Below are positions 1-7,444 of a stretch of 37,973 nt of DNA, one piece after another (position 1 is the stretch's first letter; every line of letters starts with the position of its first letter). The notes under the pieces were generated by a model, which did no database searches, was not told where the DNA came from, and saw only the letters and a program-made list of their open reading frames with translations. The translations under genes and the position numbers were made by a program. Source of the DNA: an uncultured Desulfovibrionaceae bacterium (GTDB lineage: Bacteria; Desulfobacterota; Desulfovibrionia; Desulfovibrionales; Desulfovibrionaceae); the NCBI GenBank assembly GCA_964371965.1, contig CAYJPE010000001.1:1-37973 (forward strand). Reading direction: 5' to 3'.

Positions 1-78
1 CCTCCCCCACACCCCCTCCTTCCCCTTTCAAAACGCGCTTACTGCTTACTCCCTTTGTTTACTCTAAAAGCTCTGATT

Positions 79-104
79 GCAGTCTATACATGCAGTCTAT
101 ACAT
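79..104. repeat. Perfect 13-bp tandem duplication (GCAGTCTATACAT x2) in non-coding DNA
   Basis: 79-91 and 92-104 read as identical strings. Confidence 0.9.
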
Positions 105-147
105 GAATGATTTTTTTGTGAGGAGAGTGAAAGGAACTTTTCTCTTC

Positions 148-314
148 GGGGCTGTCGTCAAATGCGCCTTTTTGCCCCTATCGAAATGGGCTCTGCGTCA
201 GACTTCGCTTACTTTTTCAGTCAAATACCATAAGGGATATTGCTTCAAAACACGCTCAACTTTGTCTCAATGAGCTTGGAATAGCACAGAGATTCGCGAT
301 TTGACGGCAGCGCC
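148..314. mobile_element. MITE-like element, family B, copy 1 (about 167 bp, no credible ORF)
   Basis: Terminal inverted repeats GGGGCTGTCGTCAAAT (148-163) and ATTTGACGGCAGCGCC (299-314), 14/16 complementary. The first ~95 nt are clearly homologous by eye to 20390-20546. The right flank is TA. Confidence 0.6.
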
Positions 315-354
315 TAACGAAATTCCAAGTATATTTTTTTTAAAAAGTTTTCTC

Positions 355-382
355 TTGACATGTACTGGACGAACGGTATAGG
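355..382 (+). promoter_or_regulatory. Candidate sigma70-type promoter for the aro leader (TTGACA-N16-TATAGG)
   Basis: TTGACA at 355-360, a 16-nt spacer, then TATAGG at 377-382. An A/T-rich tract lies just upstream. This is a motif match only. Confidence 0.35.
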
Positions 383-423
383 CTGTCCCCGTAGCGAAAC
401 ATTTTAATACTACGTAAAAACAT

Positions 424-540
424 ATGCACAATACCATTCTCCTTACCACTTCTTCTTTTAGCTTGAGCACATATTTTGTGTTCTCTTTTAGCTATTTTAG
501 AAGCACCAGTGGTGGGAGCGCGAGCATTTGTAGTACCTAA
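424..540 (+). CDS. Candidate Phe/Tyr-rich leader peptide, 38 aa (MHNTILLTTSSFSLSTYFVFSFSYFRSTSGGSASICST)
   Basis: Hand translation of ATG 424 to TAA 538-540. There are 5 Phe and 2 Tyr codons within 14 codons (457-498). The ORF lies between a promoter-like site and the terminator in front of a Phe/Tyr biosynthesis operon. No Shine-Dalgarno sequence precedes the ATG, which weakens the call. Confidence 0.3.
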   Translation: MHNTILLTTSSFSLSTYFVFSFSYFRSTSGGSASICST

Positions 541-574
541 AAGTTATGCTGACAACGTTCCCTGAGTCCTTAAT

Positions 575-614
575 AAAGGCGCCACTGGTAAATTTACTGG
601 TGGCGCCTTTTTTT
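575..614 (+). terminator. Rho-independent terminator / attenuator hairpin 28 nt upstream of aroA'
   Basis: GGCGCCACTGGT (578-589) pairs with ACTGGTGGCGCC (596-607). That gives 12 bp including two G.U pairs, with loop AAATTT, followed by T7 at 608-614. Confidence 0.8.
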
Positions 615-642
615 ATCTTTAACAATCCGATGGAGGAGTATC

Positions 643-1440
643 ATGAATCTTGGAAAACAAATTCGCCTTGAACGCATTATCAATCGCCACAGCAAACGCA
701 CCATCATCGTTCCCATGGATCACGGCACCACCGTTGGTCCCATTGACGGTTTGGAAGACATGCGCCATGTCGTCAACGATATGGCTGAAGGCGGCGCCGA
801 CGCTGTGCTCATGCACAAAGGCCTTATCCGTTGCTCTCATCGTGCGAGTGGTAAGGACGTGGGGCTTATCATACACCTTTCTGCTTCAACGGCACTGAGT
901 CCCAATGTCAATAAGAAAGTGTTGGTCGCAAGTGTCAAGGAAGCTGTCAGTTATGGTGCGGATGGTGTATCCATCCATGTCAACCTTGGTGCAACTGATG
1001 AAGATAGGATGCTGACCGACCTTGGACGCGTGGCAAATTCATGTCAAAAATGGGGTATGCCCCTGCTTGCCATGCTCTACGCTCGTGGACCAGAGGTCAT
1101 CAATGGTTACGATGCCGCAACAGTGGCTCATTGTGCGCGTGTAGGCAATGAACTTGGCGCCGATATTGTCAAAGTCGTTTACTCGGGAAGTATTGAAAAC
1201 TTTGCCCAAGCCGTAGATGGTTGTTGTATTCCGGTGCTTATTGCCGGTGGGGAAAAAATGCACTCCACCCGTGACTTCTTACAAATGGTGTACGATTCTA
1301 TTCGCGCAGGCGGAGCCGGTCTTTCTGTGGGGCGTAATGTATTTCAACATCCAAAGCGCATCCAACTTGTACGCGCTTTGCGCGCCATTGTACACGAGGA
1401 AGCCAGCGTAGAGCAGGCCTTGGCGATCGTTGGTGAGTAA
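643..1440 (+). CDS. aroA': 2-amino-3,7-dideoxy-D-threo-hept-6-ulosonate synthase (AroA', DhnA-type class I aldolase family)
   Basis: The 265-aa product aligns along its length with my memory of archaeal MJ0400-type ADH synthase (RLERI...VPMDHG...AEGGADAVL.HKG...GKDVGLIIHLS...GADIVK...GRN.FQH). GGAGG lies 6 nt upstream of the ATG. Context is an aromatic operon. Confidence 0.85.
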   Translation: MNLGKQIRLERIINRHSKRTIIVPMDHGTTVGPIDGLEDMRHVVNDMAEGGADAVLMHKGLIRCSHRASGKDVGLIIHLSASTALSPNVNKKVLVASVKEAVSYGADGVSIHVNLGATDEDRMLTDLGRVANSCQKWGMPLLAMLYARGPEVINGYDAATVAHCARVGNELGADIVKVVYSGSIENFAQAVDGCCIPVLIAGGEKMHSTRDFLQMVYDSIRAGGAGLSVGRNVFQHPKRIQLVRALRAIVHEEASVEQALAIVGE

Positions 1441-1477
1441 TTCACCGCAATACACCATAACAAAACAAGAGCATATC

Positions 1478-2686
1478 ATGAAAGCACCATCGTCAACAGA
1501 CCGCCTTGGGCGCATTCGGCAAGAAATAGATATGGTTGACCAAGAGCTTTTGGCCATACTCAATCGCCGAGCGGCCTTGAGCATTGAAGTGGGGCAAATT
1601 AAGGCCAATGACACAAGTTCGATTTTACGACCGGAGCGCGAACTTGAAGTCTTGGCGCAGCTCGATGCCACCAATGCCGGCCCCTTACCTAGCGCACACA
1701 TTCGTGCCATTTGGCGAGAAATTTTTTCTTCTTCTCGCGCGCTTCAAAAAAAGCTGCGAACAGCCTACCTTGGTCCGGAAGGCACATTTTCTTATTTTGC
1801 TGCCACGCAGTCCCTTGGCTCAAGTGTGGAATTACATGCCTGCACAGACTTTGAAGATGTATTTCGTGCCGTTGGTCATGGACAGTGTCAACTTGGTGTC
1901 ATTCCATTGGAAAATTCCTTACAGGGCACGGTTGGGCAATGCTTTGATTTATTTTATCGGTGGCATGTGTCCATTCAGGCGGAACTTTTTGTACGCATAA
2001 GTCACAGTTTGCTGAGTACACATATGTCAGTAAACCATATAAGGCGCATATATTCTCATCCGCAAGCCCTTGCTCAATGCACGCCTTGGCTCCGCATAAA
2101 TGTTCCGTGGGCGTCTACCATTCCTGTGGAATCCACCGGGGCAGCCGCCCACCGTGCCGCTGAAGATGCCGAGAGCGCTGCCATTGGGCACATGTCCCTT
2201 GCAGAAATGTTGCCTTTGCGTGTGCTTGCAGAATCCATTGAAAGCAGTAATGACAACTGGACGCGTTTTGTTATTATTGCCCAGCCCAACACGGACGAAG
2301 GGAAGACGCCAGCGTTGCCCTTGTCGAATATGGCGCTTGGCAAAGCACAGATGAAAAGCTCTGTTCTCTTTACCTTACACGATAAGCCGGGCAGTCTTGC
2401 GCTTGTACTGCAAGCCTTAGCTCAATACAGGGTCAATATGCGAAAATTAGAATCTCGCCCGTTGCATTTATCCGGTGCGCAGTCGTGGCAATACGTCTTT
2501 TTTGCTGATCTTGAAACGGACTTTCAAGCAAGCGAATATGCACCTCTCATGGATGTGTTACGCTCTTTATGTAGTTCTTTTCGTGTGCTTGGTGTATACC
2601 CCAGTGTGCCGCCCGCAATGCCTGCAAGGGATGCAATCTTTACCACGGACACGATGTTGGAAGGCATAGGAGGCAATACATGTTAA
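1478..2686 (+). CDS. pheA: Bifunctional chorismate mutase / prephenate dehydratase (P-protein) with C-terminal ACT domain
   Basis: N-terminal chorismate mutase helix (LGRIRQEIDMVDQELLAILNRRAALSIEVGQIK), prephenate dehydratase core (AYLGPEGTFSYFAA...IPLENSLQGTV) and an ACT-like tail. I chose ATG 1478 over the track's TTG at 1430. Confidence 0.9.
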   Translation: MKAPSSTDRLGRIRQEIDMVDQELLAILNRRAALSIEVGQIKANDTSSILRPERELEVLAQLDATNAGPLPSAHIRAIWREIFSSSRALQKKLRTAYLGPEGTFSYFAATQSLGSSVELHACTDFEDVFRAVGHGQCQLGVIPLENSLQGTVGQCFDLFYRWHVSIQAELFVRISHSLLSTHMSVNHIRRIYSHPQALAQCTPWLRINVPWASTIPVESTGAAAHRAAEDAESAAIGHMSLAEMLPLRVLAESIESSNDNWTRFVIIAQPNTDEGKTPALPLSNMALGKAQMKSSVLFTLHDKPGSLALVLQALAQYRVNMRKLESRPLHLSGAQSWQYVFFADLETDFQASEYAPLMDVLRSLCSSFRVLGVYPSVPPAMPARDAIFTTDTMLEGIGGNTC

Positions 2687-3489
2687 GTGATGTGTCCAAG
2701 GCAGTGCCTTATATACACAAACCCTCAACATATACTGCTTTGCGGGCTCTTGTGGTGGGCAGTACAGGACGCATGGGTGCTTTTTTTTTACGTCGTTTCA
2801 CAGCACTTGACGTGGACGTATGCGGAATTGATGTGCCTTTCACACACGAAGACTTGTGTCATGGGTGCGAAGGTCGACATTTCGTCATCCTGTGCATACC
2901 TGCGGCTGCTTTAGAAGCCACAGTTACGCTTCTTGTGCCCTACCTTCCCGCAACAGCAGTCATGATGGACATTACGTCTGTGAAGGTACAGCCCATGGAA
3001 CATATGCAGACACACTGGCAGGGGCCGGTCATAGGCACGCATCCTCTCTTTGGCCCTCAGCCCAGCAAGGGTGATCCCATGCCCATGGCCATGGTGGCGG
3101 GACACGGAGTCGAGGCGCAGCACATATGCCTTTATGAAAGCATGTTTACGCAAATGGGGTGCAGTCCTTTTTGGTGTACGGATCGGCAGCATGACAAAGC
3201 TATGGCGGCCATACAAAACTTGAACTTTATCACGTCGTTAGCCTATTTTGCAGCCCTTGCTCCATTGACGGACGATGAGGATATGCTTCCTTTTTTGACA
3301 CCCTCGTTTCGACGTCGTCAGGATGCCGCCAAGCGTATGCTCACAGAAGATGCCGAGCTTTTTACGGGATTATTTCAGGCAAACCCCTATAGCCATGAGC
3401 TGGTACGAAGATATAGAGGCTATTTGAATATTGCCGCCGGTGGCGATATTGATTTGCTGGCAGCACGCGCTCAATGGTGGTGGAAATAG
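2680..3489 (+). CDS. tyrA: Prephenate dehydrogenase
   Basis: Rossmann motif VVGSTGRMG, then DITSVK...THPLFGP, typical of the TyrA family. GGAGG lies 6 nt upstream. The start overlaps the pheA stop by 7 nt, suggesting translational coupling. Confidence 0.85.
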   Translation: MLSDVSKAVPYIHKPSTYTALRALVVGSTGRMGAFFLRRFTALDVDVCGIDVPFTHEDLCHGCEGRHFVILCIPAAALEATVTLLVPYLPATAVMMDITSVKVQPMEHMQTHWQGPVIGTHPLFGPQPSKGDPMPMAMVAGHGVEAQHICLYESMFTQMGCSPFWCTDRQHDKAMAAIQNLNFITSLAYFAALAPLTDDEDMLPFLTPSFRRRQDAAKRMLTEDAELFTGLFQANPYSHELVRRYRGYLNIAAGGDIDLLAARAQWWWK

Positions 3490-3499
3490 CTTTTAACAG

Positions 3500-3645
3500 T
3501 CCGTTGAAAAAGTGCAATCTGCGGCGTTAGCATAAAAAAGCCAAATCGCTTATGTATGTCTAATGCACTGCGCGCCTTGACTTTTTTTGCTTCCTTGCAT
3601 CTCACACTTTTTGAACGGACTGTCAAAAATGGAGTTTTTCAACAG
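3500..3645 (+). mobile_element. MITE-like element, family A, short copy (146 bp)
   Basis: Termini are TCCGTTGAAAAA and TTTTTCAACAG, an imperfect inverted repeat. The element is flanked by a perfect 11-bp direct repeat GCTTTTAACAG (3489-3499 and 3646-3656). Its ends are homologous to 15892-16127, 18681-18892 and 22967-23408. Confidence 0.65.
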
Positions 3646-3689
3646 GCTTTTAACAGGATGTGTTTACGTTGTAATGCCTGTTAAAAGCC
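3645..3689. terminator. Perfect 13-bp inverted repeat hairpin between convergent tyrA and iorB; probable bidirectional terminator
   Basis: GGCTTTTAACAGG (3645-3657) and CCTGTTAAAAGCC (3677-3689) with a 19-nt loop. No long U-tract follows, so the function is inferred from position. Confidence 0.45.
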
Positions 3690-3699
3690 ATTTCTGTCG

Positions 3700-4317
3700 T
3701 TACTTTCCTTGAAAAGCCGCAACTCCAAGGTGTAAAGCTTTCACATTGGCCGCTGCGATTTTTGCAGGCAAGAATGTATTAATTCCAAGCTCCATGGCTG
3801 CCACAGCCTCGTCAGGGCTTCCCAAGGGTAAAAGGCCGCTGGCGCACAAAGCACCAAGCAAGACAGTATTACCACTCTGCACAGAGCCTGCCTCTTGCCC
3901 AAGGGTGCGACAGGGCAAAAAGTGGGCGTCGGTACACACAGTCTGAATGTGTGTCTTCATGTTCTCAATATCGGGATAGTGCTCTTTGCCAAGGCATACG
4001 TTCACAGGGGGCAAGGGATCCGTACTGCTCAATATAACACCCTTTGGGGCAAGGTAAGGGAGGGCGCGAACCGTTTCCAGTGGCTCAAAACCGAGCAAAA
4101 TATCCGCCTCGCCGTGTCCAAGCTTCGACGAAAGCCAACCGCCAAGCAAGACAACAGATTCCACAACGCCGCCGCGCTGTGCCATGCCATGTACTTCGCC
4201 CGCCACAACGGTGAGTCCTTGTTGCAAGGCCACACGTGCCAACAATGTGGTGGCCGTGAGCGTGCCCTGACCGCCAACACCGGTCATATAAATACGCATA
4301 CGTTGTTCTTTTTGCAT
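3700..4317 (-). CDS. iorB: Indolepyruvate:ferredoxin oxidoreductase, beta subunit
   Basis: MTGVGGQGTLTATTLLA...GEVHGMAQRGGVV is the IorB/pyruvate-ferredoxin oxidoreductase gamma-type signature. GGAGGG lies 6 nt upstream of the ATG, directly after the iorA stop. Confidence 0.85.
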   Translation of the reverse strand: MQKEQRMRIYMTGVGGQGTLTATTLLARVALQQGLTVVAGEVHGMAQRGGVVESVVLLGGWLSSKLGHGEADILLGFEPLETVRALPYLAPKGVILSSTDPLPPVNVCLGKEHYPDIENMKTHIQTVCTDAHFLPCRTLGQEAGSVQSGNTVLLGALCASGLLPLGSPDEAVAAMELGINTFLPAKIAAANVKALHLGVAAFQGK

Positions 4318-4319
4318 GA

Positions 4320-6203
4320 TTAGCCCTCCTTCCGCTGTGCTTTAAAGGCCGTGGGTGCCACTTGTAAGCACACCATACAGCCGGTACACAAGGTCGCATC
4401 CACGCCAATGCTATCGCCCTCACGCACAAAGGCAGGGCATGCCAATGTTTCCACACACAAAGTAGCGGCATCGTTTTGTTCTGCCACATAGGCCACGTGC
4501 GTTGCAGTCTTTTTCAGCGCTCGACGCGCATAAAGGACACAAGGCTCTTCGGCAATAAGCACACGCACGCCACTTTCAGCCTTCAATTCTTCCAGCGCCT
4601 TGGTGGTGGCGCGCACATTGTACGCCTTAGTGGTCCGAACATGTGGCACGCCCATGCCACGCACAATGGCTTCAATATCAAGGTGCAGGGCATCGGTGCC
4701 AAGCACATCTTGGAGCATGCCGGGATTGGGTTGATGTCCTGTCATGGCGGTGGTACCATTGTCAAGAATGACGAGTAAGACATCGTGTTTATTGAAGACA
4801 GCATTGGCAAGACCTGTGAGACCCGTGTGGAAAAATGTGGAGTCGCCAATAAAGGCCACCACGGGCTTGTCGGACACACGGGCAAAGCCGCAGCCGGAAG
4901 AAATAGATGCACCCATGCATACAAGGAAATCTGCCATACGTAAAGGCGGCAAAAGGCCAAGGGTATAGCAGCCAATATCGCTGGCATAGTGGGCATTGTC
5001 GCCGTACACTTGGCGCACGGCATAGTAAACAGCGCGGTGGGAACAGCCCGGACACAAGTTTGGTGGTCTGTTGGGCAGAGGTGTTGTGGTACCTGTGCTG
5101 GGCGTAGCAGAAGAGGCAGAAGAATAAAGCGCATCGGCAAGGCTTTCTGCGTTTACATCATCTAAAAGTGCCGCAAGGCGCTTTGCCACAAGAGCCGTGT
5201 CGTATTCTCCTTGCACTGTGAGTACGTCATTTTTACCTTCAATACGCACAGCAATATCAAGGCGCTGAGCAAGGGCACGCAAGTCGTTTTCAAGGAGCAC
5301 GGCACCTTCTTCGAGCACCAATACCACATCGTGCTTTTGCAAAAATTCTGTCAGAGATTTTTCCGGCAAAGGCCACGTCATACCCAACTCCAGAATATCC
5401 ACATGTGTTGCCCAATCGCCCGTGTATAAGGCGTCGTGCATATAGGCACGGGCAAGGCCGGTGGCCACGATGCCGAGGCGGGCATTTTCCACCGTGTGCG
5501 TTTTGCAATATTCTTCGGCCGTGTCCTTGGCAGCATCCATGGCCTTCTCGAGGGCAATGTGGCGCATACGAGCTACGGCAGGTACGGGCACAAAACGCTG
5601 CGGACAGCGCTCAAACGTTTTGATGGCGGCAGGTTGTGGCAAGGGGCCAAGGGTCACGGAGCCACGTTGGTGACTGAGGCGCGTTGTCGTGCGCAAAAGT
5701 ACGGGCTGTTCCATGTCACGGGCAAGCAGAAGGCCGTCGCGGGTCATGTTGCGGGCTTCCTTGGCTGTGGCAGGCTCAAAACAGGGCATGCCGGCAAAAC
5801 GGGCATAGTGGCGGTTGTCCTGCTCGTTTTGACTGGAATGGCAGCCGGGGTCATCGGCAGAAAGCAATAATAGGCCGCCGGGCAGTCCTGTATACGTGGT
5901 GGTTAAAAGAGGGTCTGCCGCCACGTTCACGCCTACATGCTTCATGGTCACAAGAGTGAGTGCGCCGGCAAGAGCTGCCCCTGCACCCACTTCGTAGGCT
6001 ACTTTTTCGTTGACGGAATACTCCATACGATAGCGACCTTCGCCACCGATTTTATGGAAGGTGTCCGGAACTTCCGAGGACGGTGTTCCGGGGTAACATG
6101 TGACCACGTTGACACCCGCTTCAAGGGCGCCTCGCACGATGGCCTCGTTGCCCAGCAAAAGATGGGTGGCACCTGCGCTTTCTTCCAACAGGGGATGACT
6201 CAT
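4320..6203 (-). CDS. iorA: Indolepyruvate:ferredoxin oxidoreductase, alpha subunit (TPP and 4Fe-4S binding)
   Basis: 627 aa. N-terminal LLGNEAIVRGALEAG..V...YPGTPSSE, TPP motif GDSTFFHTG...N, and a C-terminal cysteine cluster (CTGCMVC). AGGAG precedes the ATG. Confidence 0.9.
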   Translation of the reverse strand: MSHPLLEESAGATHLLLGNEAIVRGALEAGVNVVTCYPGTPSSEVPDTFHKIGGEGRYRMEYSVNEKVAYEVGAGAALAGALTLVTMKHVGVNVAADPLLTTTYTGLPGGLLLLSADDPGCHSSQNEQDNRHYARFAGMPCFEPATAKEARNMTRDGLLLARDMEQPVLLRTTTRLSHQRGSVTLGPLPQPAAIKTFERCPQRFVPVPAVARMRHIALEKAMDAAKDTAEEYCKTHTVENARLGIVATGLARAYMHDALYTGDWATHVDILELGMTWPLPEKSLTEFLQKHDVVLVLEEGAVLLENDLRALAQRLDIAVRIEGKNDVLTVQGEYDTALVAKRLAALLDDVNAESLADALYSSASSATPSTGTTTPLPNRPPNLCPGCSHRAVYYAVRQVYGDNAHYASDIGCYTLGLLPPLRMADFLVCMGASISSGCGFARVSDKPVVAFIGDSTFFHTGLTGLANAVFNKHDVLLVILDNGTTAMTGHQPNPGMLQDVLGTDALHLDIEAIVRGMGVPHVRTTKAYNVRATTKALEELKAESGVRVLIAEEPCVLYARRALKKTATHVAYVAEQNDAATLCVETLACPAFVREGDSIGVDATLCTGCMVCLQVAPTAFKAQRKEG

Positions 6204-6402
6204 ATATTCTCCTTAAAAATGTGTACGCACAATGCATATTGAAGCAAGAACTCACTGGCGAAATGACTTTTTGTCCCTCTTCGTTGTCATGATGGGGCTC
6301 GGCGTATTGCGTGAAGTCCTTACATACGTATGTCTCAATGACTCTACGCAAGTATCCTGTGAGGCAAGGAACAAAAACTCGATAACTCGTTGATTTTCTA
6401 AG

Positions 6403-7185
6403 TTATTGAGCGTTCTCGGCATTGTCACTTTGCTCTTTGTCCGTCGTTTGGGGAGGGGTGGAGAGGTGTTTGGCCCGATACAAGTAGAAGGCAGCTTTTG
6501 GTCCCATACGGGTGGCGGCCATAGCCTCAAAAGTATTGCGTGCTTTTGTCTCCTCACCCGCTTGCACAGCAGCTTCTGCCAATGCCTGTTGCACAACAAG
6601 AAGTTGTTCGTGGGGCACACGGGGCAAAAGCTTTTCAAGCACGCCCAGAGCTTCTGCGGGTTTTTGTGCAAGGATAAGAGCCTGGCCTTGATTGAGTGCG
6701 GCAAGGATGCCCATGGCGCTTTGGGGATTTTCTTGCTCAAGTTTTGTGGCTATGTCGCCAAAACGTTGCGCAGCAGCGTCATAATCTTGCATTTCCATAA
6801 GACTTTCTGCAATGTCCAATGTTGTGGCTGTTTGCAAAGAGGCAGGGGCACTGGGCAAAAAACTCTCCAGCGCTTCTATACGCTCTTTGCCTTGCAAAGC
6901 AATCATGATACGGCTCAGCTCCAGTTGTGCGGCGGCTTCCGTTTTGTTTGTGTACCAATTATAGGTACCCACACCCACAAGAACGACCACAAAAAGTCCC
7001 AAGCCAATCATGATGGTGAGGGCATGTTTTATAAGAAATTGCAAGAGTGGTGCTGCTTCTGTGGAAACTTCTGACTGTAATTCGTTCAAAAGCTGTGAGT
7101 TCGGTTGCGCATCCAGTGGTGTCCTCGGTTGGGGCATTTGAGGCGGCAGCACGGGGCCGCCGGGAAAAGAGCCTTGTTGAGACAT
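6403..7185 (-). CDS. Single-pass membrane protein with TPR-like (YfgM-like) extracytoplasmic domain
   Basis: One TM segment (LTIMIGLGLFVVVLVGVGTY) followed by helical Ala/Leu/Gln-rich repeats. The start is set at ATG 7185 because AAGGAGGG lies 5 nt upstream. The track start 7221 has no RBS. Confidence 0.5.
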   Translation of the reverse strand: MSQQGSFPGGPVLPPQMPQPRTPLDAQPNSQLLNELQSEVSTEAAPLLQFLIKHALTIMIGLGLFVVVLVGVGTYNWYTNKTEAAAQLELSRIMIALQGKERIEALESFLPSAPASLQTATTLDIAESLMEMQDYDAAAQRFGDIATKLEQENPQSAMGILAALNQGQALILAQKPAEALGVLEKLLPRVPHEQLLVVQQALAEAAVQAGEETKARNTFEAMAATRMGPKAAFYLYRAKHLSTPPQTTDKEQSDNAENAQ

Positions 7186-7444
7186 ACAGTCCCTCCTTAA
7201 AAATATGGCAAGATATGGCACAGAACATTTGCATAATATAAAGCACTCAGAAAAATAACATACTATCGTTTAGGCATTATAATTGTCAAGAAAGTCCGTC
7301 CGTGATTTTTAAATTTTTCACAACTATCTACTATTTTAAAGAATTATTTAGGGTCTTTTTTTATGACAAATTCTGGACTTTTTTTTTATTGCAAGATATT
7401 GTCATTGACGATTAATTTTATAATGTTAAAAAAGGAGTTTTACC

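Noticed and set aside
503-522. T-box-like string GGTGGGAGCGCG in the aro leader. It matches 10 of 12 positions of the T-box core GGTGGTACCGCG as I remember it.
   Set aside because: The upstream 100 nt are pyrimidine-rich and show no Stem I features: no AGAGA/GA-motif, no specifier loop and no distal loop. The motif lies about 65 nt from the terminator instead of forming a compact antiterminator with a 7-nt bulge. The match is most likely chance. A cmsearch with RF00230 would settle it.
1430-1477. The track start TTG 1430 for pheA, which overlaps the aroA' stop by 11 nt.
   Set aside because: The first 16 residues (MVSNSPQYTITKQEHI) are not part of the chorismate mutase domain. ATG 1478 gives a typical N-terminus, so I preferred it. 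The TTG cannot be excluded without N-terminal proteomics.
7222-7444. Sigma70 promoter for the A2M gene (TTGACG, TTGCAA or TTGTCA near TATAAT at about 7420).
   Set aside because: The spacers to the TATAAT hexamer are 8, 24 and 14 nt, so none is near 17 nt. No supportable promoter call can be made from sequence alone.
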